IMG/VR virus record: IMGVR_UViG_2687453388_000001
Length of the DNA: 64,000 nucleotides
Reading direction: 5' to 3' (one strand)
Source: an uncultured virus (IMG/VR IMGVR_UViG_2687453388_000001)
Lineage: Duplodnaviria > Heunggongvirae > Uroviricota > Caudoviricetes
Of this stretch, positions 27,439 through 37,384 are shown piece by piece. The translations under genes and the position numbers were made by a program. Below the pieces are notes generated by a model. That model worked only from the letters and a program-made list of their open reading frames with translations, was not told where the DNA came from and did not search any database. How positions within the stretch are numbered: the first letter of the stretch is position 1; the number at the start of each line of letters is the position of its first letter.

Positions 27439-30400
27439 ATGCTTAGGAAGTATAAGCAAAGAAATTATGATGTCGCACATACGAAACAGCGCTTTTCGAT
27501 TAAGAAATTTAAATTTGGTGCAGCATCGGTACTGGTTGGATTGACATTTCTAGGAATGGCTGGGACAACTGTTCTAGCTGATGAGACAACATCTACAGGT
27601 ATTGAGCTTAAACAATCTGCATCAGCAGGGATAGTAGATGAAGTAAAACCAGCAAAATCAGAATTAGCGACAGATGCAATAGCGTCAGTAGACAAAACAA
27701 CCGAATCAGAAGTCGAAGCATTGGCAGATTACACAGAAAATGTCAATACTGATGTTGGAGGTACGGTTCCTGAGTCTAGTGCCAACATAGATCCTAATAG
27801 TTCATCAAAAGATACAGATAAAGTTGCTGTTTTAGAAGAGACAGCCAGTGAAAAAAATGTAATTGTATCTCCTGCAATTACAACACGTTCTGTAGATAGT
27901 GCAGTTGAAAAAGCTAATGTTGACAAAAATAGTGTCAGCGAAGTGTCTGAAGAGCTTCAGAAGAGAGTACAAAAAGATGCGATATATAGCCCCGGAGATT
28001 CCTCAGCTAAACAAACTTATTCAGGTAAAGCTTGGATAGATAATGGTGGTAGCATTGATGGGCAAGCTTCAGATGATATTCCACTAGCTGGTGTTAAAGT
28101 TTACTTGCAGTGGGTAAACGGAAAAGGCTATGTTTCAAAAGTTTACTATACTACTACATTGGCGGATGGAACCTTTGCGTTTGACTTATCTAAATCGGAA
28201 GTTGATCCTAACGGTGAAGAACATCATTTTCAATTAGCAGGAGATGCTAATTTCGCAGTAAGAACCTGGATTGAAAATCCTGATTCTAGTAAGTATGATA
28301 TTATTCAAGCAGGGGATAAGATTTATGGTTTCCATACTCGTACTAACCGTAAAAATGAATCTTGGGATTTTACTGCGGGAGTCAATAGGATTGTCAATTC
28401 TCAAGTTATTTTACAAGAAAAGAAATTAACTAAAGACTGGTTGAAGAAACCAGAAGCTGAGTCGCAAATTCCTAGTACCGCAGATGGTACATGGCATGAC
28501 AGGGGAATCTATGGTAGAGTAAATGGTTTAGCTTGGTTTGATAATGGAGATTCTGCTGGGACGCTTGCTAATCAATGGATAAAAGATGGTAATGATGTTC
28601 CAGCAAATGGTGTGAAAGTAGCTGCTTCTTATTTAAATGATGAAGTAACTCGCTTACTTGATCAGTGGAAAAAAGACCATCCAGGATATACTATTGAAGA
28701 CTTTAAGGCTGAACAAGAAAGAGTCTTTACAGAATACCAGGCCCAACATGGGGTTGGTTCTCATATTGCGGAGACAGTCATAACGACAGTTGATAAAAAT
28801 GGAAATTACTCTATTCCTTTTAAGGGATTGTATGGTGTTAGTGCTTATAAAGCAAACAGTGGTTTAAAAGTTTCTCATACAATTACAGACGAAGAATTCG
28901 GCAAGGTTGTTAGAGATGAAGATGTAGATAATAGTAGTCTTCTTAAGTGGAATGGTACCATTGGTCAAAAACATAGACACATTAATGAGAACTACCTATA
29001 TGTATCTCCTATTTTATCTAATTATAATATTTGGAGTCCGGCTTTTCCTAAAGCTATGTTTGGTAATCCGAATAATCTATTTACAAATGTAGTTGCGGGG
29101 TCTGGAACTAATATTACCAGCTTGAACTTTGCTATTTTAGCACCTCAACCAATGCTTGATATTGTTGATTATGATACTACGAATAAGGTAGCAGTCTCTG
29201 GTAATGTTACCAATTCAACAGTAGGCGGATTGTTGCCAACACGTGAATACCAAGTGCAATGGTTCAGAGATGGTGTTGCAATAGGTGAACCTCAAACTAT
29301 TCAGTCAAGCGTTGAAGGAACAGCGACACCTGAGAAGTTTACAGTACCAAATGATATCACTAAGACAACAAACTTTACATTAGGTCTATTTGAACAAGGT
29401 CAAAATACAAAGAGCTTAGGTAACGCTTTAGCATTAGATTCCTTTATTGCTGTATTTATCGAGTATAAACCAGTAGATGGTGTTGTAGCTAAGGATTCTG
29501 AGCCAGCTAAACCAATCTTTAAAGACAAAGATGGCAATGATACAACGCCACCGGAAGGAACAAAATTCACAACTGTTGCAGGTCAAGTTCCAGATTCGGT
29601 TAAAACCTCTTATCCTGAGGGAGCAATGTCTGTTGACCCAAATATGGTAACGATTGACCCTACAACTGGAGTAGTTGTTGTAAAAGGGGAAGCTCTTACT
29701 AAGAAAGGCACATATGTAGTACCAGTAGAAGTAACTTATCCGGGTGGTTCCAAAGCTTATACTTTTGCTACTGTAAACGTTAAAGATGATGCAACAACAA
29801 CATACACAGCGACAGGTGGAAAATTAGAAAAACCATTTGGTCAAGCACCATCAACTGATGAAATCACATCAAAAGTAACAACTGATTATCCTAAAGAAGT
29901 TAAAGACCAACCTACAATGAAGGTTAAAGAGGGTGCAGTGATTCCGGATGGTATGACCAAAGGGGAATTTAAAGTACCGGTTGTTGTCACTTATCCAGAT
30001 GGAACAACAGACGAAGTTGATGTTACAGTAACCATCAAAGAATCTGAAGCGGAAAAGAATGCCCCTTCATACAAAGATACAATGGTCGTTCCAGGGAAAC
30101 CAGCAGAATCAACTCCAAGCTACGGCGAAGGTAAAACAGCACCAAATGGTACAGAGTATAAGATTGATGAAAACTTTAAAGTACCAGACGGATATAAAGT
30201 TGACATTGATAAAGCTACTGGAACAGTGACTGTAACAGCTCCAGAAAAATCAGACGGTACAACAGCAGAAGAAATTGAGGTACCAGTAATTGTCACTTAT
30301 CCAGATAAATCAGAAGATAAAGTAATAGCTAAATTCCAATTGGATACTGATGAAAATGGTACACCAGACGTTACTGATCCAGATGATGATGGCGATGGTA

Positions 30401-32730
30401 TTCCAGATGTGGATGATAAAAACCCTAAAACAGCCACTAAGACAGCCGTAGCGGTTGACAATGTAATTGTTACAGAAGGTCAACCAATCGCTCCGATTCC
30501 TGTTACGGTAACAAGCGATGATAGGAATGCTAAGGTTGAAGTTTCTGGTCTTCCAGACGGTTTAACTTATGACTCAGCAACATGTCAAATCACTGGTACA
30601 CCAGATAAGTTAGCAGACTGGAAAGATACTGAAGAAACACGTGACTTCCCAGTAACTGTTAAAGTGACTGATGGAACAGGTACGGTTGAAAAAACATTTA
30701 CAATCACTGTTCAGCGTGATACGGATGGTGATGGTATGCCAGATGTGACAGATACGGACGATGATGGCGACGGTATTCCAGACGATACTGAAAAGATTGA
30801 CGGAACAAACTCTAAAGATCCAAATTCAGCAGCTTCTGTTATCACACCACTTGATGATCAAACAGGTACTGTCGGAGAAGCCATTACACCAGTTACTGTG
30901 AAAGTTGACAAAGTGCCAACAGATGGTTCAGTTACTGTTACTGGTCTTCCAGATGGCGTTACTTACGATCCAGCAACAGGCCAAATCACTGGGATACCAA
31001 CAAAAGAAGGTGAATCAACGGTTACTGTGGCTGTTCTTTGTAAAGATGGTAAACCAGTTATGGGTGTTGACGGCAAACCAGTTACAGAAGAGTTCAAGTT
31101 TACAGTTAAGAAATTAACAGACGCTGATAAGAACGAACCTAAGGCTAAAGACCAAACAGTTAACATTGGGGAAACACCTAAGGCAGAAGATTCAATTGAA
31201 AACTTGAAAGATTTACCAGATGGAACTAAAGTAGAGTTTGAAACACCAATTGATACCACAACAGCAGGTGACAAGCCAGGTAAAGTTGTCGTGACGTACC
31301 CAGATGGTTCAACAGATACTGTTGATGTGACTGTTAAAGTCGTAGATCCAAGTACAGACGCTGATAAGAACGAACCTAAGGCTAAAGACCAAACAGTTAA
31401 CATTGGGGAAACACCTAAGGCAGAAGATTCAATTGAAAACTTGAAAGATTTACCAGATGGAACTAAATTAGAGTTTGAAACACCAATTGATACCACAACA
31501 GCAGGTGACAAGCCAGGTAAAGTTGTCGTGACGTACCCAGATGGTTCAACAGATACTGTTGATGTGACTGTTAAAGTCGTAGATCCAAGTACAGACGCTG
31601 ATAAGAACGAACCTAAGGTTAAAGACCAAACAGTTAACATTGGGGAAACACCTAAGGCAGAAGATTCAATTGAAAACTTGAAAGATTTACCAGATGGAAC
31701 TAAAGTAGAGTTTGAAACACCAATTGATACCACAACAGCAGGTGACAAGCCAGGTAAAGTTGTCGTGACGTACCCAGATGGTTCAACAGATACTGTTGAT
31801 GTGACTGTTAAAGTCGTAGATCCAAGTACAGACGCTGATAAGAACGAACCTAAGGTTAAAGACCAAACAGTTAACATTGGGGAAACACCTAAGGCAGAAG
31901 ATTCAATTGAAAACTTGAAAGATTTACCAGATGGAACTAAAGTAGAGTTTGAAACACCAATTGATACCACAACAGCAGGTGACAAGCCAGGTAAAGTTGT
32001 CGTGACGTACCCAGATGGTTCAACAGATACTGTTGATGTGACTGTTAAAGTCGTAGATCCAAGTACAGACGCTGATAAGAACGAACCTAAGGCTAAAGAC
32101 CAAACAGTTAACATTGGGGAAACACCTAAGGCAGAAGATTCAATTGAAAACTTGAAAGATTTACCAGATGGAACTAAAGTAGAGTTTGAAACACCAATTG
32201 ATACCACAACAGCAGGTGACAAGCCAGGTAAAGTTGTCGTGACGTACCCAGATGGTTCAACAGATACTGTTGATGTGACTGTTAAAGTCGTAGATCCAAG
32301 TACAGACGCTGATAAGAACGAACCTAAGGTTAAAGACCAAACAGTTAACATTGGGGAAACACCTAAGGCAGAAGATTCAATTGAAAACTTGAAAGATTTA
32401 CCAGATGGAACTAAAGTAGAGTTTGAAACACCAATTGATACCACAACAGCAGGTGACAAGCCAGGTAAAGTTGTCGTGACGTACCCAGATGGTTCAACAG
32501 ATACTGTTGATGTGACTGTTAAAGTCGTAGATCCAAGTACAGACGCTGATAAGAACGAACCTAAGGCTAAAGACCAAACACAAGCTTTATCAAGTATCGC
32601 AAATAATAAAGATAGAGGAAATAAATTGCCTACAACAGGTGAGGATGAGAACCCATTCTTTAACATTGCTGCTTTGACAATTATAGCTTCAGTTGGTTTA
32701 CTATCTATTTTAAAGAAAAAAGAGGATTAA
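27439..32730 (+). CDS. Large cell-wall-anchored alpha/Rib-like adhesin
   Basis: YSIRK-type signal FSIKKFKFGAASV; YPDG/Rib domains; DxDxDG Ca-binding repeats; Ig-like GLPDG domains; LPTTG plus TM and KKKED tail. Confidence 0.93.
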   Translation: MLRKYKQRNYDVAHTKQRFSIKKFKFGAASVLVGLTFLGMAGTTVLADETTSTGIELKQSASAGIVDEVKPAKSELATDAIASVDKTTESEVEALADYTENVNTDVGGTVPESSANIDPNSSSKDTDKVAVLEETASEKNVIVSPAITTRSVDSAVEKANVDKNSVSEVSEELQKRVQKDAIYSPGDSSAKQTYSGKAWIDNGGSIDGQASDDIPLAGVKVYLQWVNGKGYVSKVYYTTTLADGTFAFDLSKSEVDPNGEEHHFQLAGDANFAVRTWIENPDSSKYDIIQAGDKIYGFHTRTNRKNESWDFTAGVNRIVNSQVILQEKKLTKDWLKKPEAESQIPSTADGTWHDRGIYGRVNGLAWFDNGDSAGTLANQWIKDGNDVPANGVKVAASYLNDEVTRLLDQWKKDHPGYTIEDFKAEQERVFTEYQAQHGVGSHIAETVITTVDKNGNYSIPFKGLYGVSAYKANSGLKVSHTITDEEFGKVVRDEDVDNSSLLKWNGTIGQKHRHINENYLYVSPILSNYNIWSPAFPKAMFGNPNNLFTNVVAGSGTNITSLNFAILAPQPMLDIVDYDTTNKVAVSGNVTNSTVGGLLPTREYQVQWFRDGVAIGEPQTIQSSVEGTATPEKFTVPNDITKTTNFTLGLFEQGQNTKSLGNALALDSFIAVFIEYKPVDGVVAKDSEPAKPIFKDKDGNDTTPPEGTKFTTVAGQVPDSVKTSYPEGAMSVDPNMVTIDPTTGVVVVKGEALTKKGTYVVPVEVTYPGGSKAYTFATVNVKDDATTTYTATGGKLEKPFGQAPSTDEITSKVTTDYPKEVKDQPTMKVKEGAVIPDGMTKGEFKVPVVVTYPDGTTDEVDVTVTIKESEAEKNAPSYKDTMVVPGKPAESTPSYGEGKTAPNGTEYKIDENFKVPDGYKVDIDKATGTVTVTAPEKSDGTTAEEIEVPVIVTYPDKSEDKVIAKFQLDTDENGTPDVTDPDDDGDGIPDVDDKNPKTATKTAVAVDNVIVTEGQPIAPIPVTVTSDDRNAKVEVSGLPDGLTYDSATCQITGTPDKLADWKDTEETRDFPVTVKVTDGTGTVEKTFTITVQRDTDGDGMPDVTDTDDDGDGIPDDTEKIDGTNSKDPNSAASVITPLDDQTGTVGEAITPVTVKVDKVPTDGSVTVTGLPDGVTYDPATGQITGIPTKEGESTVTVAVLCKDGKPVMGVDGKPVTEEFKFTVKKLTDADKNEPKAKDQTVNIGETPKAEDSIENLKDLPDGTKVEFETPIDTTTAGDKPGKVVVTYPDGSTDTVDVTVKVVDPSTDADKNEPKAKDQTVNIGETPKAEDSIENLKDLPDGTKLEFETPIDTTTAGDKPGKVVVTYPDGSTDTVDVTVKVVDPSTDADKNEPKVKDQTVNIGETPKAEDSIENLKDLPDGTKVEFETPIDTTTAGDKPGKVVVTYPDGSTDTVDVTVKVVDPSTDADKNEPKVKDQTVNIGETPKAEDSIENLKDLPDGTKVEFETPIDTTTAGDKPGKVVVTYPDGSTDTVDVTVKVVDPSTDADKNEPKAKDQTVNIGETPKAEDSIENLKDLPDGTKVEFETPIDTTTAGDKPGKVVVTYPDGSTDTVDVTVKVVDPSTDADKNEPKVKDQTVNIGETPKAEDSIENLKDLPDGTKVEFETPIDTTTAGDKPGKVVVTYPDGSTDTVDVTVKVVDPSTDADKNEPKAKDQTQALSSIANNKDRGNKLPTTGEDENPFFNIAALTIIASVGLLSILKKKED
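31117..32580 (+). repeat. Six full and one partial 237-bp (79-aa) Rib-type tandem repeats
   Basis: Units start at 31117, 31354, 31591, 31828, 32065, 32302 and 32539; near-identical. Confidence 0.97.
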
Positions 32731-33042
32731 TCGTTTGACCTAAAATGTCATTAAACTTTTCGCCATTTATTGGTGTGAGCACTTTAACAAAGTTATCTCT
32801 CTCTCCAACTTAATTAACTAAAGTGTTTCAATTTTTCGAGATTAATTCTTGAAAAAGTCTATCGAGATTATGAATCTCGATAGATTTTTGATTTTGTATG
32901 TTAAACAATAAAGGGTAAGTATTCTAGAAATATTTGGTAAGCATCTAATAAGTTTAAAATATAGCAAATATTTAAAAGAATTGTTTTTATAATCTTCGTC
33001 GCGTATAATGGCACGTAGAAAGTTAATTTTGGAGGTAATTTA

Positions 33043-34261
33043 ATGTCAGTTCAAAGTGTGCTTGAGTCCTTGATAATGATTAAAGAGTGGCAAGAGGAAA
33101 CTTACAAATATTTTCATAGCCATCCCGAATTATCAATGCAAGAGAAAAATACTAGTCAATTTATTTATAAAACCTTGCTGTCTTATGGTTACCAAACTCT
33201 ACGAATTGGAGGAGGCGTTGTTGGTATTTTAGAAAATGGAGATGGTCCTAAAGTACTATTTAGGGCGGATATGGATGCTCTGCCTGTAAAAGAAGAAACA
33301 GGATTGGAATATGCTTCTAAAGTAGTCATGAAAGACTTAGATGGTAAGACAGTACCTGTGATGCATGCCTGTGGTCATGATGTTCATATTGTAGCTGGCT
33401 TAGGGGCAGCTTGGGCTTTGGCTAATCATTTATCGGAGTGGCAAGGAACTTATATTGCTTTGTTTCAACCAGGTGAAGAAATAGCTGCAGGGGCTAAATC
33501 TATGATAAAAGATGGACTTTTTGAAAAGATACCTCATCCAGACTTAGCTTTATCACAACATGTTTTAACTGAACCCATTTCAGGTAAAGTAGGTACGCTA
33601 GCAGGGCCCTTTTTATCGAGTGCCACTTCATTAAAGATTACTGTGTATGGAAAAGGTGCTCATAGTTCAATGCCACATTTAAGTATTGATCCTATTATTA
33701 TAGCATGTGATATTGTAATAAAACTACAAACAATAGTTTCAAGAGAAGTAAATCTATTTAAATTTGCTGTTGTATCTGTTGGTTCTTTTCAATCTGGTTT
33801 TAAAGCGAATATTATTCCTGACAAAGCAATATTATTATTGAATATTAGAGCTTACGATGAACAGATTCAAAAACAAGTAATTGATAGTATTAAACGTATT
33901 GTTAAATCAGAATGTGAAGTAGGTGGTTGCATAATTGACCCCAAAGTAGAAACTTACGATGAGTATCCCCTAACAGATAATGACCCCCAGATAACCAAGG
34001 AAGTCACGGAAGCATTTCAGAAATATTTAGGTGAGGATAGATAGGGTTTCTGCCTACCATCCAATGACTGCTTCGGAAGATTTTTCATATATTCCTAGAG
34101 CATTGGGAATCCCTTATCTTTATTGGGGATTCGGAGGTTTCACGAAAGAACAAGAGATTTATTCAAACCATAATTCTAAGTTTGCACCAGCTATTCAACC
34201 GACCTTAACAACTGGTACTGAAGCTGCAGTTGTGGCTATTTTACGGTATCTTGGCAAATAG
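33043..34261 (+). pseudogene. M20 family amidohydrolase, frameshifted by a 4-bp duplication
   Basis: HPELS, RADMDALP, MHACGHD and QPGEE motifs; the C-terminal SEDF...NHNSKF lies in another frame after ATAGATAG at 34037-34044. Confidence 0.85.
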
Positions 34262-34499
34262 AGAATAATTACATATTAAGTAAAAGCAAGGTATACTAAA
34301 ATCTCCAAAGTCTGAATTGGCTTTGACAGTCTTTTGGATAAGTAAGTACTCGATAACAAGATATATATTCTTTCCTCTATTTCTCCATCATATTATAAGT
34401 AATAACATAAATAGAGCTTGCTCTAATGATCAAACAATCATTAAAAGCGTTTACAAAAAATGGTATAATACTCTTACTACATTCAAGTGAGGTTCAGTC

Positions 34500-36368
34500 A
34501 TGTTCGATAAATATATTTTTGATACCTACTATGAGCAAATAGTCAAAACTGTTAAAGGATTTATTTTTAATAATAAAGATAATACTGATTTGTCTACATA
34601 CATGGTGCCAGAACCGAATGGTTTTATTGAGTTTGATAATTTTGAGTTATATAAGATAAACTATGAAATTATTAATAATTGCGAATTAAATCTTGAAATC
34701 ATTGTAATTGCTAATGTAATTGTTCGGCAGTATATCAAAGGTGAGATGGAGATTGATACTAAAACTAAGTTTGTGTCTGTATATGCTGAAGTAGAACTTG
34801 ATTCTGGTATCAAAAACTTTCGAATTTACAATACAGAATTTAAATCAGATCAGTACAAAAAGTCCCGAAACTTAAAATTGAGTAAAGACTGGGTTCCATA
34901 TATAAGGAAGAAGGACTTTGATGCTATTGCTGAAAAATTCTTAAGGAAGTACTATCCTCAAGCCCTGACTCAACCAACCCCTGTTCCAGTTGAGACAATA
35001 GTTTCTGAAATGGGACTGTCTATCCATCAAGAGAAACTAACTATAGATAATTCAGTTTTCGGGAAAATGGTTTTTAAAGATACTGATGTTGAGGTCATAG
35101 AGGATGAGCAGTTAGTTTCTGAGCATTTTAACAAAGGGAGTATCCTTGTAGATAAGGATGTTGTTTTCAAACGGAATGTAGGTTCGTATAACAATACGGT
35201 CATCCATGAATGTGTTCACTGGGAACTCCATAAAGTATTTCACGAAGTCAAGATGGTACTTGATAAAGACCACTCACAAGTTAGTAGCTGGACAGAAGAA
35301 AATTTAGCTGATTCTAGTATGTGGACGTCGCTTGACTGGATGGAGTGGCAAGCTAATGGAATTGCTCCCCGAATTCTTATGCCCAAAGTCCAAACTAGAA
35401 TAAAGATTAGGGAGCTATTTCAAACTTTGACATTGGTTAATCCTGATATAAGTCGTTCTGAATTAGTGCAAGAAGTGGTAGACAACTTAGCTACTTTCTT
35501 TGAGGTATCTAGACAGGCTGCTAAAATTAGAATGATTGATTTAGGATTTAAGGAAGCAAATGGTGTATATAATTATCTTGATGATAGATATATGCATAAC
35601 TTTGCTTTTGAACTTGAAGCATTTGATAAAGGAAGTAGTTATACTATTACTTCAAATGACTTGTGTTTTGAGTATTGTTTTAACGAGAGTTTTAGACAGA
35701 TTATTGATAGAAATAAGTTTATTTACGTTGATAACCATCTTTGTTTAAAGGATAAGAAATTTATTTATATGACAAAAGATGGGCCAATTATGACTGACTA
35801 TGCTTACGAGCACATGGATGAATGTTGTCTAATCTTTAAAGTAAAGTCTAAAAATTTCACCTCGATTTCTAATGAGACATACTATGATTATGTACTGAAT
35901 AGAGGCGTAACAAAGGAAAGTGAGATTAAGGCTGACTTTGTAGATATTCTCCAGAATCCAAGTTTGATGGATCAGCTCCCTCCACTGGATATGATGAAAC
36001 TCGGGAAAAAAATCTCTGAATTATTGAAAGAACTACCTTTTGAATTTTCTGGGACATTACGTAGTCATAGAAAGCGAAAAAATTGCACACAACCATTTTT
36101 GGCTAAGCTAGTCGGAATTACAGAACGAACGTTGAGAGATTATGAAACACTAGAAGATAATTTACCAAGGCTTGAGTTAACATTGTCATTTTGTTTTGCT
36201 TTAAAATTAAGACCTGAACTTAGTGACGATATGATAAAGAAAGCAGGTCATCAACTTACAATTTCTCCACCACACCAAGTATATAAAATGTTGCTATCAA
36301 CAAGTTACTATAAACCCTTGGGTGAAATAAATTCAATATTACAAGCTGCAGAAATGAAAACCTTATAA
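34500..36368 (+). CDS. ImmA/IrrE-like zinc metallopeptidase with C-terminal XRE HTH
   Basis: IHECVHW (HExxH), MEWQANGIAPRILMP, FEVSRQAAKIRM; C-terminal TQPFLAKLVGITERTLRDYET HTH. Confidence 0.85.
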   Translation: MFDKYIFDTYYEQIVKTVKGFIFNNKDNTDLSTYMVPEPNGFIEFDNFELYKINYEIINNCELNLEIIVIANVIVRQYIKGEMEIDTKTKFVSVYAEVELDSGIKNFRIYNTEFKSDQYKKSRNLKLSKDWVPYIRKKDFDAIAEKFLRKYYPQALTQPTPVPVETIVSEMGLSIHQEKLTIDNSVFGKMVFKDTDVEVIEDEQLVSEHFNKGSILVDKDVVFKRNVGSYNNTVIHECVHWELHKVFHEVKMVLDKDHSQVSSWTEENLADSSMWTSLDWMEWQANGIAPRILMPKVQTRIKIRELFQTLTLVNPDISRSELVQEVVDNLATFFEVSRQAAKIRMIDLGFKEANGVYNYLDDRYMHNFAFELEAFDKGSSYTITSNDLCFEYCFNESFRQIIDRNKFIYVDNHLCLKDKKFIYMTKDGPIMTDYAYEHMDECCLIFKVKSKNFTSISNETYYDYVLNRGVTKESEIKADFVDILQNPSLMDQLPPLDMMKLGKKISELLKELPFEFSGTLRSHRKRKNCTQPFLAKLVGITERTLRDYETLEDNLPRLELTLSFCFALKLRPELSDDMIKKAGHQLTISPPHQVYKMLLSTSYYKPLGEINSILQAAEMKTL

Positions 36369-36400
36369 ACCATCACAAATTTGTGATGGTTTATTTTTTT
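36367..36400 (+). terminator. Intrinsic terminator
   Basis: AAACCATCACAAATTTGTGATGGTTT followed by a T-run. Confidence 0.75.
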
Positions 36401-36776
36401 GGTTTCAAAAAGCGGAAAGTCAGCTTCCGGTTTTGAGATTGAATTAGTATGATTTTACTACATAAAAATTCCAAAAATCTGTTGCCAAGGGCGTTTTAAG
36501 GCGGAAGTTTGGACTACCTGTTTTTGATAGAAGTAAAACTATATACTGAGAGAGTAAAGATTAATCCTACAAGTTATCGTCTCTTTAAAAATACTTTGTA
36601 ATGGGGAATATTCCTACATTATTGGCTTTAACTGTGTTTTTAGGGAAAGCAGCTCAACTTATAAAGCCAGTTGACCATGATTAAGCAAAGGAATTGCTGA
36701 TGTGGTCAAATACACAACTGAATATTGGTTTGTCATACTCTTTTTCTTTGCTTGCCAAAGAAACGGAGTCAAAAGC

Positions 36777-37346
36777 ATGCCAATCAATGTCAACTTTTTC
36801 AACTACTGTCAAACTCAATCTTCATCAACTGGTGTGGAGCCATCAAAGGGTGAAGTACTAGCGCCAATGTTCGTTCAGGACTATTATATGTCCTCAGAAT
36901 ATTCAGGACTGATTCGTGGTACATTTCGACAATGCCGTATTATGAGTATTCCCATTCTAACAGCCTTTGTCCCTGTGGCAGAAGAGGAGTATGAACAAAT
37001 GGTTTGGTGGTATAACAACTCAGTCAATGATTATCTCAAGGATTTTCGTAAACCTAAAAAGAATACTTTAGAGGTCTCCTCCTGGGAAGTCTTCACTGAA
37101 AAGCAGGATTTAGCAATTGCTGATGAAGGTATTGAACTATATCTAGTAATGGATCAACTGGACTTCTTGAAAGCTAAACTCGCAGCAACCAATTTCCAAG
37201 CACCAGAAATTTTAGATATGCTTTTTGAAGGTTATGAGAATAAAGAAATCTTCGAGTACCTAGGTGTTAAGAAATCTGCAGGCTATAAGAAAGTCAATAA
37301 TGCCCAGAAAGAAGGGCTGAAACTTTACAAAGAACTCAACAAATAA
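36777..37346 (+). CDS. Putative sigma-factor-like (ECF-type) regulator
   Basis: RBS GGAG before MPINV; NSVNDYLKDFRK resembles region 2; C-terminal HTH GYENKEIFEYLGVKKSAGYKKV resembles region 4. Confidence 0.55.
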   Translation: MPINVNFFNYCQTQSSSTGVEPSKGEVLAPMFVQDYYMSSEYSGLIRGTFRQCRIMSIPILTAFVPVAEEEYEQMVWWYNNSVNDYLKDFRKPKKNTLEVSSWEVFTEKQDLAIADEGIELYLVMDQLDFLKAKLAATNFQAPEILDMLFEGYENKEIFEYLGVKKSAGYKKVNNAQKEGLKLYKELNK

Positions 37347-37350
37347 AACC

Positions 37351-37383
37351 AAATCGCCATCTCAACTGAGGTGGCGATTTTTT
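37351..37383. terminator. Bidirectional terminator between convergent genes
   Basis: AAATCGCCATCTCA-AC-TGAGGTGGCGATTTTTT. Confidence 0.8.
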
Positions 37384-37384
37384 G

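Noticed and set aside
31117..32580. CRISPR-like array
   Set aside because: 237-bp coding tandem repeats with no unique spacers
30963..32666. 567-aa minus-strand ORF
   Set aside because: Antisense mirror of the Rib repeats; stop-free because the repeat unit lacks a stop in that frame
36412..36530. GCGGAA sites as further copies of the N14-TACTTAGTA promoter
   Set aside because: No TACTTAGTA block at 14 nt; treated instead as a possible operator dyad
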